This document shows positions 38,039 through 47,187 of a stretch of 64,000 nucleotides of DNA, in pieces. Numbering within the stretch: the first letter of the stretch is position 1; each line of letters begins with the position of its first letter. The stretch lies in contig JBCCHT010000053.1 in NCBI GenBank assembly GCA_039028615.1, forward strand, positions 27,802 through 91,801. Direction: 5' to 3'. The notes under the pieces are model-generated. The model had not been told where the DNA came from and made no database searches. It saw only the letters and a list, made by a program, of their open reading frames with translations. This stretch comes from Myxococcota bacterium (GTDB lineage: Bacteria > Myxococcota_A > Polyangia > Nannocystales > Nannocystaceae). The position numbers and the translations under genes are program-made.

Positions 38039-39244
38039 CTACCACCGGACGGCGAGGCCGGGTCCAGTGGGGATCACCCGAGCTTGCTCGCGATTGCGCT
38101 TGCGGAACGCAAACACGCCTACCAGCGCGGTGGTGACCCCCAGCGCCACCGTCACCCCGACCAGCGCGTTGGTGACCGATTTGTACCGCTCGAAATTTGC
38201 CTGTTGTTCCAGGGGAAACCCGGTCCCCAGCGGCTGGCCGTTGGGGTCTTGGCACAGCCGCTCGCACTTGCTGTCGATGAAGTCGCGTCGTTCGCGGACG
38301 GTGAGGCCGCCCATCACGGCGAGCGCGACGCCCGACGTCGCGGTCAGCCCCGTGCCGATCCAGAACGTGGCTCGGAGCGCTCGCTGGCGCTGCTGCTGTC
38401 GACGCAGCTCGTCGTCCGGATTGCCCGGCGGCTGCGGAGGCGTGACCACGACTTCCTGGCGGAAGGGCGCGACGTACAGGGTGGAGGTCTGGCCCGCCTT
38501 GATGCGAGCGACCCGCAGGCGACCTTGCTCGCTGCCGATCCCGAAGAACTCGACGTCGACTTCGCCCGGCAGCAGCAGGATGGGGAAGTCGTCGAGCGGC
38601 ACCGTTCGGCCTCCGACCTTGATCTCGCGCAGCTCGACGCCCTTGGCCGGATCGAGCTGGAGCTCACCGACGAGCCGACGTTGTTTGGCGAGGGCTCGCG
38701 CGGCGTCTTCGCGCTGCGAGGTGCAGCGGATCGTCCGCTCTGCGGGCGCAAGCTCGGCGCAGTCCGGCAAGGCGAGATAGCGGCGGAGAGCCTTGACGGC
38801 AGCGACGGGCTCGCCCGCTCGCTCGTGCGAGAGCGCCACGTTGTAGAGCGTGTTCGCACCCGGCACCGCGGCGTAAGACAGCTCGTACTCGACGGCTGCC
38901 TCGGCGTACTCCCCTCGCTCGTAGTGCGAGCCTGCCTTTTGGTAGTGGAGCTGCGCATTGTCGATGCGGATCTGCTCCTGCCGCCGCGCGAGTTCCTCGG
39001 GGGTCAGCGACTCCACCGATCTCCCGTCGTCGGGGCCGGGCTCCGCGTCCTCTTTGGCCTCGGGCGGGGCCTCGGGGGCGGGCGCGTCGGCCTCGAGCGA
39101 TGGCGGTCGCTGGGGCTCGGGCGGGGCCTCGGCGGGCGGAGCAGTCTCAGCTGGTTGCGCATGAGCAGCCACGGGCCACGCCAAGGCCAGCGCGAGCGCT
39201 GCGCTCGACACCCGGCGTAGGCCAAGCCTGATGGGACCCCTCAT
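38039..39244 (-). CDS. Exported TPR protein (PEGA/TPR type) with C-terminal helices and an aromatic end
   Basis: Signal peptide ...AAHA; TPR AQLHYQKAGSHYERGEYAEAA...LYNVALSHE; ends GLAVRW. Confidence 0.82.
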   Translation of the reverse strand: MRGPIRLGLRRVSSAALALALAWPVAAHAQPAETAPPAEAPPEPQRPPSLEADAPAPEAPPEAKEDAEPGPDDGRSVESLTPEELARRQEQIRIDNAQLHYQKAGSHYERGEYAEAAVEYELSYAAVPGANTLYNVALSHERAGEPVAAVKALRRYLALPDCAELAPAERTIRCTSQREDAARALAKQRRLVGELQLDPAKGVELREIKVGGRTVPLDDFPILLLPGEVDVEFFGIGSEQGRLRVARIKAGQTSTLYVAPFRQEVVVTPPQPPGNPDDELRRQQQRQRALRATFWIGTGLTATSGVALAVMGGLTVRERRDFIDSKCERLCQDPNGQPLGTGFPLEQQANFERYKSVTNALVGVTVALGVTTALVGVFAFRKRNREQARVIPTGPGLAVRW

Positions 39245-39267
39245 CGCGGCTTGCAAATGTACACGGC

Positions 39268-41133
39268 TCAGCTGCCCGAAGAGCCGTTCTCTTCGAAGAA
39301 CGACTTGAAGTCGGGCATGGGCGCCGGCTTCCGCCCATCACCGTGCTCGACCTCGCCGGGGGACGTGGTCTTCGGGCTGGGCTCGGACTCACCAGGGCCG
39401 GGGCTCGCGTCGGGCCTTTGTTTGGCTTTCTTGGTCTTCGCCTTGAGCCAAACCCCCGATTTATGCGGCGGGGTCGCGGGCGGCGGCTCGACCTCGGCCA
39501 CCGGGCGCTCCGGCTCCAGGCGCTGGTCGAAGTACTCGTATCCCGCGGGCACCGGGTGCAGCGTCTTGGAGACGAAGCCCGGCTTGGAGATCTCGATCTC
39601 GATGGCGGTGTGGCTACGCGGCAGCTCGAGCGTGAAGGGCGAGAGCTCGGCATGCGCCACGCCGTCGAGCTTGACCACCGCCCCGGGCGGATCGATGTCG
39701 AAGCGCCACGTGACCATCGGCGCGACCACGGGCCGCGTGGGCTCGGGCTCGGTGTCGGTCGAGGACGCCAACGAAGGGCGCGGCTCGGTGCCGCGAGCGA
39801 TCTCTTGCGTCTCGTCCGGCCCCAGCCACTTGGTCACCGCCACCGCGCCGAGCACCGCCCCGATGGCGGGCAGCAACAGCCACAGGCTCCAGTGTCGCGC
39901 GGGCGCGGTGGCCAGGCTGGTGGTGAGGGTCTGCGTGCCCGTGGTGGTGCCCACCAGCGACGCGGGCGTCGACAACGAGCTCGAGCTCGGTCGGCGCGCG
40001 GGCGCGGGGGCCTCCGGCGGGCGATCGGTGGCCCGGGTGGCGTCGTGGGGCGAGATCGGGTCGTTCGCCGCCGAGGGTCGAGGCCCCGACTCCGAGGCCC
40101 GACGCACCGCGGCTCGCACGTAGTCGATGCGCGCCTTGAACAGGTTGGTCATGACCCGCGACACGTCTTCGCGGGGTTCGGAGTCGCCCTGGAGCGCGCG
40201 CAGCAGGCTGCGGATCTCCTTGAGCATCTGCTGGGCGGACTCGAAGCGATCGTCGGGATCGCGGGCCAGCGCGCGCTGGACCAGCTTCACGACGCCGTCG
40301 GGCAGGTCGTCGCGCTTTTCGCTGATGTCCGGGACTTCGCAGGCGGTGACGCGGGCCAGCGTCTCCGACTCGGTCTCCGCCATGAACAGGCGCTGGTTGG
40401 TCAGCAGCTCCCACAGCACCGCGCCCAGAGCAAACAGATCGGTCCGGTGATCGATCTTCTGGTTGCTCGCCTGCTCCGGGGACATGTACGCCAGCTTGCC
40501 GCGGAGCTGGCCCGTACGCGTGCTGCTGCGCCGCCCGCTGGCCTTGGCGATGCCGAAGTCCACGACCTTGACCCGGCCGTCCATGCCCACCAACAGGTTG
40601 TGCGGCGACACGTCGCGGTGCACGAGCTGCATCGGTCGATCGTTCGCGTCGGTCTCGTCGTGGGCTGCCGCCAGACCTCCGCAGGCGTCGGCCATGATCT
40701 GCAGGGCCGCGGGCAGTGCCAGCAGCTCGTCGTGCTTGCGGAGCTGTCGGAGCAGCGACGCGAGCGTCTCGCCCTCGACGTACTCCATGACCATGAAGAA
40801 GACGCCGTCGTCTTCGCCCAGGTCGTGGATCTCGACGATGTGCGGGTGATGGAGTCGGGCCGCGATGCGGGCCTCGTCGAGGAACATCTCGACGAACTCC
40901 TGCTCCACGGCAAGGTGTGGGTGAATCACCTTCACCGCGACGAGCTTTTCGAAGCCCGCCCGGCCCGTGGCACGCCCGAGAAACACGGCCGCCATCCCGC
41001 CGTGACCAAGCCGGTGGACGAGCTCGTACCGCCCCACGGTTTTGCCGACCGCGAGCGGTTCGAGGACTGGGGCAGGAGCTGCCTCAGACCTTGACTCGCG
41101 ATCGATGACCTTGGTTTCGCTCTCGGTTTCCAT
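39268..41133 (-). CDS. Membrane-anchored Ser/Thr protein kinase with a PEGA-like C-terminus
   Basis: LGHGGMAAV, VAVK, HRDVSPHN, DFGIAK, YMSPEQ and DLFALG motifs; single TM helix. Confidence 0.95.
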   Translation of the reverse strand: METESETKVIDRESRSEAAPAPVLEPLAVGKTVGRYELVHRLGHGGMAAVFLGRATGRAGFEKLVAVKVIHPHLAVEQEFVEMFLDEARIAARLHHPHIVEIHDLGEDDGVFFMVMEYVEGETLASLLRQLRKHDELLALPAALQIMADACGGLAAAHDETDANDRPMQLVHRDVSPHNLLVGMDGRVKVVDFGIAKASGRRSSTRTGQLRGKLAYMSPEQASNQKIDHRTDLFALGAVLWELLTNQRLFMAETESETLARVTACEVPDISEKRDDLPDGVVKLVQRALARDPDDRFESAQQMLKEIRSLLRALQGDSEPREDVSRVMTNLFKARIDYVRAAVRRASESGPRPSAANDPISPHDATRATDRPPEAPAPARRPSSSSLSTPASLVGTTTGTQTLTTSLATAPARHWSLWLLLPAIGAVLGAVAVTKWLGPDETQEIARGTEPRPSLASSTDTEPEPTRPVVAPMVTWRFDIDPPGAVVKLDGVAHAELSPFTLELPRSHTAIEIEISKPGFVSKTLHPVPAGYEYFDQRLEPERPVAEVEPPPATPPHKSGVWLKAKTKKAKQRPDASPGPGESEPSPKTTSPGEVEHGDGRKPAPMPDFKSFFEENGSSGS

Positions 41134-41770
41134 CGGACCCGAACGTGGAACGGCGGTCGGACGACCCTGCGTAAGCGAAGGAGCAGTCTCACCATACGCG
41201 AAACCGCCGTATCGATCACCGACCGCCCGGGGGTGCTGTTCGCTGCTAACGCAGCAGGACCGAGAACGCATTCATGGCGCATAGCGTGTCCCTAGGACCT
41301 GAAATCGGCCGAATGCGGGGGTGGGGCACAGCGCCTCGTTCGACGTTCAATACCCCCTGGATGGGCCCGCGGAGCGGGATTGGAGAAGGCGCCAGGGGGT
41401 CGGCAACCCCCATGGCCATGTCGGCGGTGACGGCGTTCATGGGCGCTGCACAGCCGGGAATCATGCGCGCAGAATCACTGCGTAGAGCCCGCGATCTTGG
41501 TCGCTCGGCGCGCGAACTCGCGCGGGTCTTCGCGCACCTCGGTCGTCGATCCGGGGCCGGCGCCGCAAGGTCGCGGGATGCGCTGTACCTCACGCCGTGC
41601 CTCTGCAAAAAGGTGACCAGGAGGGAGATCTCTCCGAAGAGATCTCGGAGATCTCCTCATAGACCTAAAAAAATGTTGAATCAACGTACTTTGAGCATTG
41701 TTGAAAGGTCGTTACGTCGACAGCAATCGATTGGCCTACTTCCTCAACGATTCAAGCCCATTTGGTGAAC

Positions 41771-41779
41771 TTATCCACA
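41771..41779 (+). promoter_or_regulatory. Perfect DnaA-box consensus
   Basis: TTATCCACA next to an AT-rich tract, ~110 bp upstream of the RHH gene. Confidence 0.5.
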
Positions 41780-41887
41780 GGATATGGTGGTGGCGCCGAA
41801 GTCGCGCCACAAGATGTTGTGGAATGGCCCTTGCGTGCGGGGGCCCGGTGTTCTACGGGTAGAGTCTCAGGCTCGGGAGATCTAACG

Positions 41888-42127
41888 ATGGCGAAGCGAC
41901 AAACGCGCAGGAGTATCTCTGTAAAGGGGATCACCTATCAGCGGCTCAAGAACTTCTGCGAAACGCAGAACATGAGCGTCAGTGGTTATCTGGAGGACAT
42001 CATCGCGGCTCGCCTCGATGAAGCGAACGTCCCCGTGCCCGAGAAGGTCGAGCCGCGGCCCGAGCAGGCTGCGGTAAAGCCGCCGCACGAGGCCGACGAC
42101 ATCATCTCGCAGCACTTCACGTTCTGA
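41888..42127 (+). CDS. Small ribbon-helix-helix-like DNA-binding protein (79 aa)
   Basis: GGGAG RBS; RRSISVKGITYQRLKNFCETQNMSVSGYLEDII fits the strand-helix-helix RHH pattern. Confidence 0.75.
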   Translation: MAKRQTRRSISVKGITYQRLKNFCETQNMSVSGYLEDIIAARLDEANVPVPEKVEPRPEQAAVKPPHEADDIISQHFTF

Positions 42128-42137
42128 AGTGCGCGAT

Positions 42138-42166
42138 TGGCTCGCCGTCCAGCCATCGGCGAGCCA
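42138..42166 (+). terminator. GC-rich hairpin after the RHH gene
   Basis: TGGCTCGCCG / CGGCGAGCCA 10-bp stem; no U-tract. Confidence 0.5.
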
Positions 42167-42364
42167 CTCGAGTCGTCGCATCCCGGTGGGAGGGAGCCGC
42201 GACGATCTTGGCTCTAGTGGCTGACTCGAAAACGAACTGTCTCGAAGCGGCGTCTGCTGCGAACCCGTGCGGAGAAACGGAAGTTCGTTGCGAGGTCGCT
42301 TCTCCGGTTTCCCCGGTTTTCCCGACGGGAAGAGGCACCGACCGCCGCGTTATCCTCGGAGTCA

Positions 42365-43945
42365 GTGGCTTCCAAGGATGATGACGATCGCAATGGCTTG
42401 ACCCGTCGACGCACCCTTCAGGGAATGGGCGCGATGATCGGAGCCACGGCGGTGGGCTGTGGCGACGACGGTGGAGCGGGTACGGGTGGAGGCAGCGGAG
42501 ACAGCAGCGGCGGATCCACGAGTTCCGGCGTAGACAGCTCGGGCGCGGCCGACTCGACCACCACCGATGCTCAAGGCACCGGTGAAGGCAGCACGGGGGC
42601 CGACAGCACGGGTGGAGACGAAGACACCACGGGCGAGCCCGCGGGCGAGTGCGACGGCGACAGCCGGGGCTTGGCGCCCGAGGAGCTGCTCGCCGAGATC
42701 GACACCGTCGTCGTGCTGATGATGGAGAACCGCTCGACCGATCACTACTTCGGCTCGGCGACCTTCCTCGAGGACTGGACCATCGACGGCCTCACCGGGG
42801 AAGAGACCAACCCGCGGATCGACGGCACCGACGTCGGCATCTTCAACCTGCTCAACCTGACGCCCGACGACCCCCCGCATCAATGGGTCGACTGCCACCT
42901 GCAGTGGAACAAGGGCGCCAACGATGGCTTCGTGCGCGTGCACGAGCAGGTCTTCCCCGCGTCCTACGACGAGGTCATGGGCTACCACGTGCGCAGCCAG
43001 ATCCCGGTGCTCTACGCCCTGGCCGACAACTACACGCTCTTCGATCACTGGTACGGCTCGGCGATGGCGGGCACGTGGCCCAACCGCTTTCACCTGCACT
43101 GTGCGAGCTCCAACGGCCAGCAGGAGAACCTGCCCGAGACCAGCCTCGACACCGTCTGGGACCTGCTCGACGACGCGGGGATCAGCCACGCCAACTATTA
43201 CTCGGACGTGCCGTGGGTCTGGGGCGCGTTCCTCAACCCGCTCACGTCCTATACCGAATCGCTCGACGAGTTCTTCGACGCGGCCGCGGCCGGCACCCTC
43301 CCGCAGTACAGCGTCATCGATCCGAACTTCGGGTTGCTGCCGGGCGGCGAGGGAGGCAACGACGACCACCCCTCGCACGACATCACGCTGGGGCAGATCC
43401 TCATCGCCAGCGTGTACCAGGCGCTGGCCAACAGCCCGCACTGGGAGCGGTGCCTGCTCATCATCACCTACGACGAGCACGGTGGCTTCTACGACCACGT
43501 CAGCCCGCCGCTGACCTCCGACCCGCTGCCGCAGTTCCAGCAGCTGGGCCATCGCGTGCCCTCGCTGGCGATCGGTCCCCACGTGCGCCGCGGCTGCATC
43601 GACGGCACGACCCTCGATCACGTCTCGGTGGTCTCCACCATCTCGCGACGCTGGGGCCTGCCGCCGCTCAACCAACGCGTCACCGATACCCAAGACCTGT
43701 CGATCGCGATCAATCCCGAGCTGCTCGGTGACCCGCAGCCGCCCATCAAGCTGCCCATGCTCTCCGCGTCGGTCTCGGAGATGCTGTCCAAGCGCGGCTC
43801 GGGGCAAGACGAGCTCGCGGCGATGATCGAGTCGGGTGACATTCCGCTGCCCGCCGATCGCCGCCACGACAACGCGAGCCACGACGTCGCGCTGCGCCTG
43901 CTCGATCGGGCGAGCCGCCTCGGCGTCGTGAAGCTGCGACCCTGA
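42365..43945 (+). CDS. Phosphoesterase-family (phospholipase C / acid phosphatase) Tat lipoprotein
   Basis: TRRRTL twin-arginine signal; VVLMMENRSTDHYFG, TWPNR, DDHP and ITYDEHGGFYDHVSPP motifs. Confidence 0.92.
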   Translation: MASKDDDDRNGLTRRRTLQGMGAMIGATAVGCGDDGGAGTGGGSGDSSGGSTSSGVDSSGAADSTTTDAQGTGEGSTGADSTGGDEDTTGEPAGECDGDSRGLAPEELLAEIDTVVVLMMENRSTDHYFGSATFLEDWTIDGLTGEETNPRIDGTDVGIFNLLNLTPDDPPHQWVDCHLQWNKGANDGFVRVHEQVFPASYDEVMGYHVRSQIPVLYALADNYTLFDHWYGSAMAGTWPNRFHLHCASSNGQQENLPETSLDTVWDLLDDAGISHANYYSDVPWVWGAFLNPLTSYTESLDEFFDAAAAGTLPQYSVIDPNFGLLPGGEGGNDDHPSHDITLGQILIASVYQALANSPHWERCLLIITYDEHGGFYDHVSPPLTSDPLPQFQQLGHRVPSLAIGPHVRRGCIDGTTLDHVSVVSTISRRWGLPPLNQRVTDTQDLSIAINPELLGDPQPPIKLPMLSASVSEMLSKRGSGQDELAAMIESGDIPLPADRRHDNASHDVALRLLDRASRLGVVKLRP

Positions 43946-43975
43946 GCGGCGAAACGGAGTCGATCCCGCGTGAGG

Positions 43976-44015
43976 ACGAGGCGTCGTGCACGAGGCACGG
44001 CGCCTCGTTTCGTTT
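43976..44015 (+). terminator. Rho-independent terminator
   Basis: ACGAGGCGTCGTGC / GCACGGCGCCTCGT stem followed by TTCGTTT. Confidence 0.7.
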
Positions 44016-44306
44016 GCGCGACATTGCCTCCAATCGGGTCCGGTGTCCCACCTGTCCCGCGCACGTGCGACGGCCCTTAGGCCGTGTTTCGCCCCCGGCC
44101 GACATGCGCTCGCGGACGAGCGTGGACCGGTCGTCCGTATCGCGTCCCGACTTGGAAATGCGCGACCGCGGTTCTGGACATCGGAAAGGGTTTGCTGGAG
44201 TCTGGTCTCGCGGAAGTTGCTTTCGCGGCCTTGGTTTTCGTCGTTCGTGTCGCTTGCGAGTCGCCATGATCGGCGGTGTCCGTACTCGTGAGCTCGTTTG
44301 AAATCG

Positions 44307-45251
44307 ATGAGTGACCTCGTTCGAGCGCGCGTCGGGCAGATCCTCGACGTGATGTGCGAGCTGGCCCAGGGAGAGCTGGGGGCTCGGGTGCGCTTGCCCG
44401 ACACCTACGAGCTGCAGAACACCGAGGTCCTCGACGACGTGTACGGGATCAGCGTAGCGCTGAACATGCTCGCCGAGGAGCTGCAGGCCACCGTCATTCG
44501 CAAGGAGCAATACGAGCGGACGCTGGTCGAGCTCGAGCACACCCAGTCGCAGCTGCTGCACTCCGCCAAGCTGGCGTCGCTGGGCGAGCTGGCGGCGGGC
44601 GTCGCCCACGAGCTCAACCAGCCGCTGCAGATCATCGGCTTTTCGCTCGACGAGCTTCGCGACGCCATCGCGGACGGCGACCGCGAGACCTCCGACGAGA
44701 TCCTCTCCGCCATGGAAGGGCAGGTCGATCGCGGGGCCGGGGTGGTGGCACGCCTGCTCGCCTTCAGCCGTCGCGAAGCGGGGCCACAGAAGTCCCGCAC
44801 CGCCCTCAACTCGGTGGTGGAAGAGGCCATGAGCATCCTGGGAGCTCAGCTGGCCTCGCAGGGCATCGACATGCGGTCCGAGCTGCAGCCCGACCTGGCC
44901 GACGTGGCCTGCAACGATCGCGAGCTTCTGCAGGTGGTCACCAACCTCGTCATCAACGCCCGCGACGCGGTGCGGGGACGAGAGCACCGAGAAATTTCAC
45001 TGCGCACCATGGCCGAGGATTCGTTCGCGTGTCTCGAGGTCGCCGACACTGGCTCGGGGATTTCGGCCACCGACCTGCCGCGGGTCTTCGACCCCTTCTT
45101 CACGACCAAGGGGGTCGGCAAGGGCACGGGTCTGGGGCTGTCGATCAGCCACGGGATCATTCGGCGGCATGGGGGCACCATCGAAGCGCTCAGCGAGGTC
45201 GAGCGAGGCACCCGCGTGCGCATCACCCTGCCCGTACTGGAGGCGAGATGA
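44307..45251 (+). CDS. Cytoplasmic sensor histidine kinase (NtrB/DctB-like HisKA-HATPase)
   Basis: GVAHELNQPL H-box, NLVINARDA, DTGSG, FDPFFTTK and GTGLGL; HAMP-like N-terminus; no TM segment. Confidence 0.93.
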   Translation: MSDLVRARVGQILDVMCELAQGELGARVRLPDTYELQNTEVLDDVYGISVALNMLAEELQATVIRKEQYERTLVELEHTQSQLLHSAKLASLGELAAGVAHELNQPLQIIGFSLDELRDAIADGDRETSDEILSAMEGQVDRGAGVVARLLAFSRREAGPQKSRTALNSVVEEAMSILGAQLASQGIDMRSELQPDLADVACNDRELLQVVTNLVINARDAVRGREHREISLRTMAEDSFACLEVADTGSGISATDLPRVFDPFFTTKGVGKGTGLGLSISHGIIRRHGGTIEALSEVERGTRVRITLPVLEAR

Positions 45252-45604
45252 ACATATTGGTGGTCGACGACGAGCCCCTCATCGTGCGCTCGCTGGCCCG
45301 ACTGGCGCGCGCCGAAGGCTTCCAGCCCACCGTCGCGCACGATGGCCTCCAGGCATGGAAGCTGTTCGAGGACTCCCCGCAGACCTGGGACATGCTGATC
45401 ACCGACATCCGCATGCCCGGGCTCGACGGCCTATCGTTGGCCCGGCGCGTGCGCGACTCGGGCAGCGGTGTCCTGGTGGTCTTCATCAGCGGCCATGGTC
45501 AATCGCCCGACGTCGACGCCCTCAAGCCCGCGGTGTTCTTGCCCAAGCCCTTCAGTCGTCGGCAGCTGCGCGAGATCATGGCCGGCTCCGACGCCGACGC
45601 CTGA
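45248..45604 (+). CDS. Single-domain response regulator (CheY-like)
   Basis: MNILVVDDE...LITDIRMPGLDG...ISG...KPF; ATGA overlap with the kinase. Confidence 0.93.
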   Translation: MNILVVDDEPLIVRSLARLARAEGFQPTVAHDGLQAWKLFEDSPQTWDMLITDIRMPGLDGLSLARRVRDSGSGVLVVFISGHGQSPDVDALKPAVFLPKPFSRRQLREIMAGSDADA

Positions 45605-45643
45605 GCACGAGAGGGCAGGCCCACATGCGATACCCTGCCCTTC

Positions 45644-47107
45644 GTGCGCACGGCCGACGAGTACATTCGAAGCCTCCGTGATCTCGACACGACGATCTAC
45701 GTCGACGGTGAGCGGGTGGCCGACCCTACCGAGCATCCTCGTCTGCGCCCCTCCATGAACGCGGTGGCGGCCACCTATGCCCTCGCCCACGACCCCCGCT
45801 ACCGCGAGCTGGCCACCGCCCACTCCGAGATCATCGACGCGCCCGTCAACCGCTTCACCCACTTGTTCGCCACCGCCGACGACCTGCGTCGCAAGCTCGA
45901 GTTCCAGCGGGTGCTCGGGCGACAGACGGGGACCTGCTTTCAGCGCTGCGTCGGCATGGACGGGCTCAACGCCCTGTTCGTGGCCACGTGGGAGGCCGGG
46001 GCCCCGTGGCACGAGCGCTTCATCGCCTGGCTGACCCAAGTGCAGCGCAACGACGAAGTGATCAACGGGGCCATGACCGACCCCAAGGGCGATCGCAACA
46101 AGCGTCCGCGGCAGCAGCCCCATCAGTACCTGCGGGTGGTCGAGCGCCGCGACGACGGGGTCGTGATTCGGGGCGCCAAGATCCACCAGACCGGGGCGGC
46201 CAACTCTCACCAGATCCTCGTGATGCCCGGTATGGCGATGCGCCCGGGCGAAGAAGACTTCGTGATCGCGGCGGCCATGCCCGCCGATGCGCCCGGGGTC
46301 ACCATGGTGCTGGGGCGGCAGCCCTCCGACGAGCGCAAGGGCGGGCCCGATGCCGGCAACGCCCAGTACGGCGGGCAAGAAGTCGTCGTGCTCTTCGAGG
46401 ACGTCTTCGTGCCCAACGAGCGGGTCTTCCTCGATGGCCAGCTCGACCCCTGCCTCACCCTGGTCGACACCTTCGCCGGCTTTCACCGCGCCAGCTACGG
46501 CGGCTGCAAGCCGGGCAACCTCGACGTGCTGATCGGCGCGGCCTCGCTGCTCACCGAGCTCCACGGCGTACGCAAGGCTTCGCATGTTCGCGACAAGCTG
46601 ATCGAGATGGCGCACTTGAGCGAGACCATCCACGGGCTGGGCTTGGGCGCCAGTGCCAAGAGCACCCAGCACGAGTCCGGCGTGTGGCGGGTCGACCCGA
46701 TCCTCGCCAATGTTTGCAAGCACAATGTGACTCGGATGCCCTACGAGGTCGTGCGCCTGGCCGAAGACCTCGCGGGCGGGCTCATGGCCACCATGCCCTC
46801 GTTGGCCGATCTCGATCACCCCGAGTACGGCGAGGCCTTGCGCACCGTCGTCGGCTCGGAGGAGCGCGGCAAAGCCCTGCGATTGGTCGAATACATGAGC
46901 TACGGGTCGGGTTCGGTGCCCCTGCGGATCGAGTGCATGCACGGCGCCGGGTCGCCCCAGGCCCAGCGCATCGTGCTCGAGCGGCGCATCGATTGGGCCC
47001 AACGGGTCGGGGCGGCACGACGTTTGGCCGGCCTCGACGCAGCCGACACCGACGACGCCGCCGACCGCCGGGTCGATGCCGAAATCGCCGGGGCGGGGAA
47101 CAAGTGA
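45644..47107 (+). CDS. abfD: 4-hydroxybutyryl-CoA dehydratase (HpaB/AbfD family)
   Basis: TCFQRCVGMDG, AMTDPKGDR, GAKIHQTG, FHRASYGGCK and MHGAGSPQAQ; the Cys/Cys/His/Cys Fe-S ligands distinguish AbfD from HpaB. Confidence 0.85.
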   Translation: MRTADEYIRSLRDLDTTIYVDGERVADPTEHPRLRPSMNAVAATYALAHDPRYRELATAHSEIIDAPVNRFTHLFATADDLRRKLEFQRVLGRQTGTCFQRCVGMDGLNALFVATWEAGAPWHERFIAWLTQVQRNDEVINGAMTDPKGDRNKRPRQQPHQYLRVVERRDDGVVIRGAKIHQTGAANSHQILVMPGMAMRPGEEDFVIAAAMPADAPGVTMVLGRQPSDERKGGPDAGNAQYGGQEVVVLFEDVFVPNERVFLDGQLDPCLTLVDTFAGFHRASYGGCKPGNLDVLIGAASLLTELHGVRKASHVRDKLIEMAHLSETIHGLGLGASAKSTQHESGVWRVDPILANVCKHNVTRMPYEVVRLAEDLAGGLMATMPSLADLDHPEYGEALRTVVGSEERGKALRLVEYMSYGSGSVPLRIECMHGAGSPQAQRIVLERRIDWAQRVGAARRLAGLDAADTDDAADRRVDAEIAGAGNK

Positions 47108-47187
47108 ATAGGTTCGGGCCGACACTGGCCCGATGAGGTGCATGCGTCACACCGTCTCGATGTGAAGACTTGTTACCCTAGGGGGCA

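Noticed and set aside
41134..41887. Chromosomal origin (oriC)
   Set aside because: Only one perfect DnaA box and no dnaA, dnaN, gyrB, gidA or parAB nearby; kept only as a possible regulatory site
44354..45247. 416-aa response regulator
   Set aside because: The N-terminal part is a shadow of the kinase; the receiver domain starts at ATG 45248
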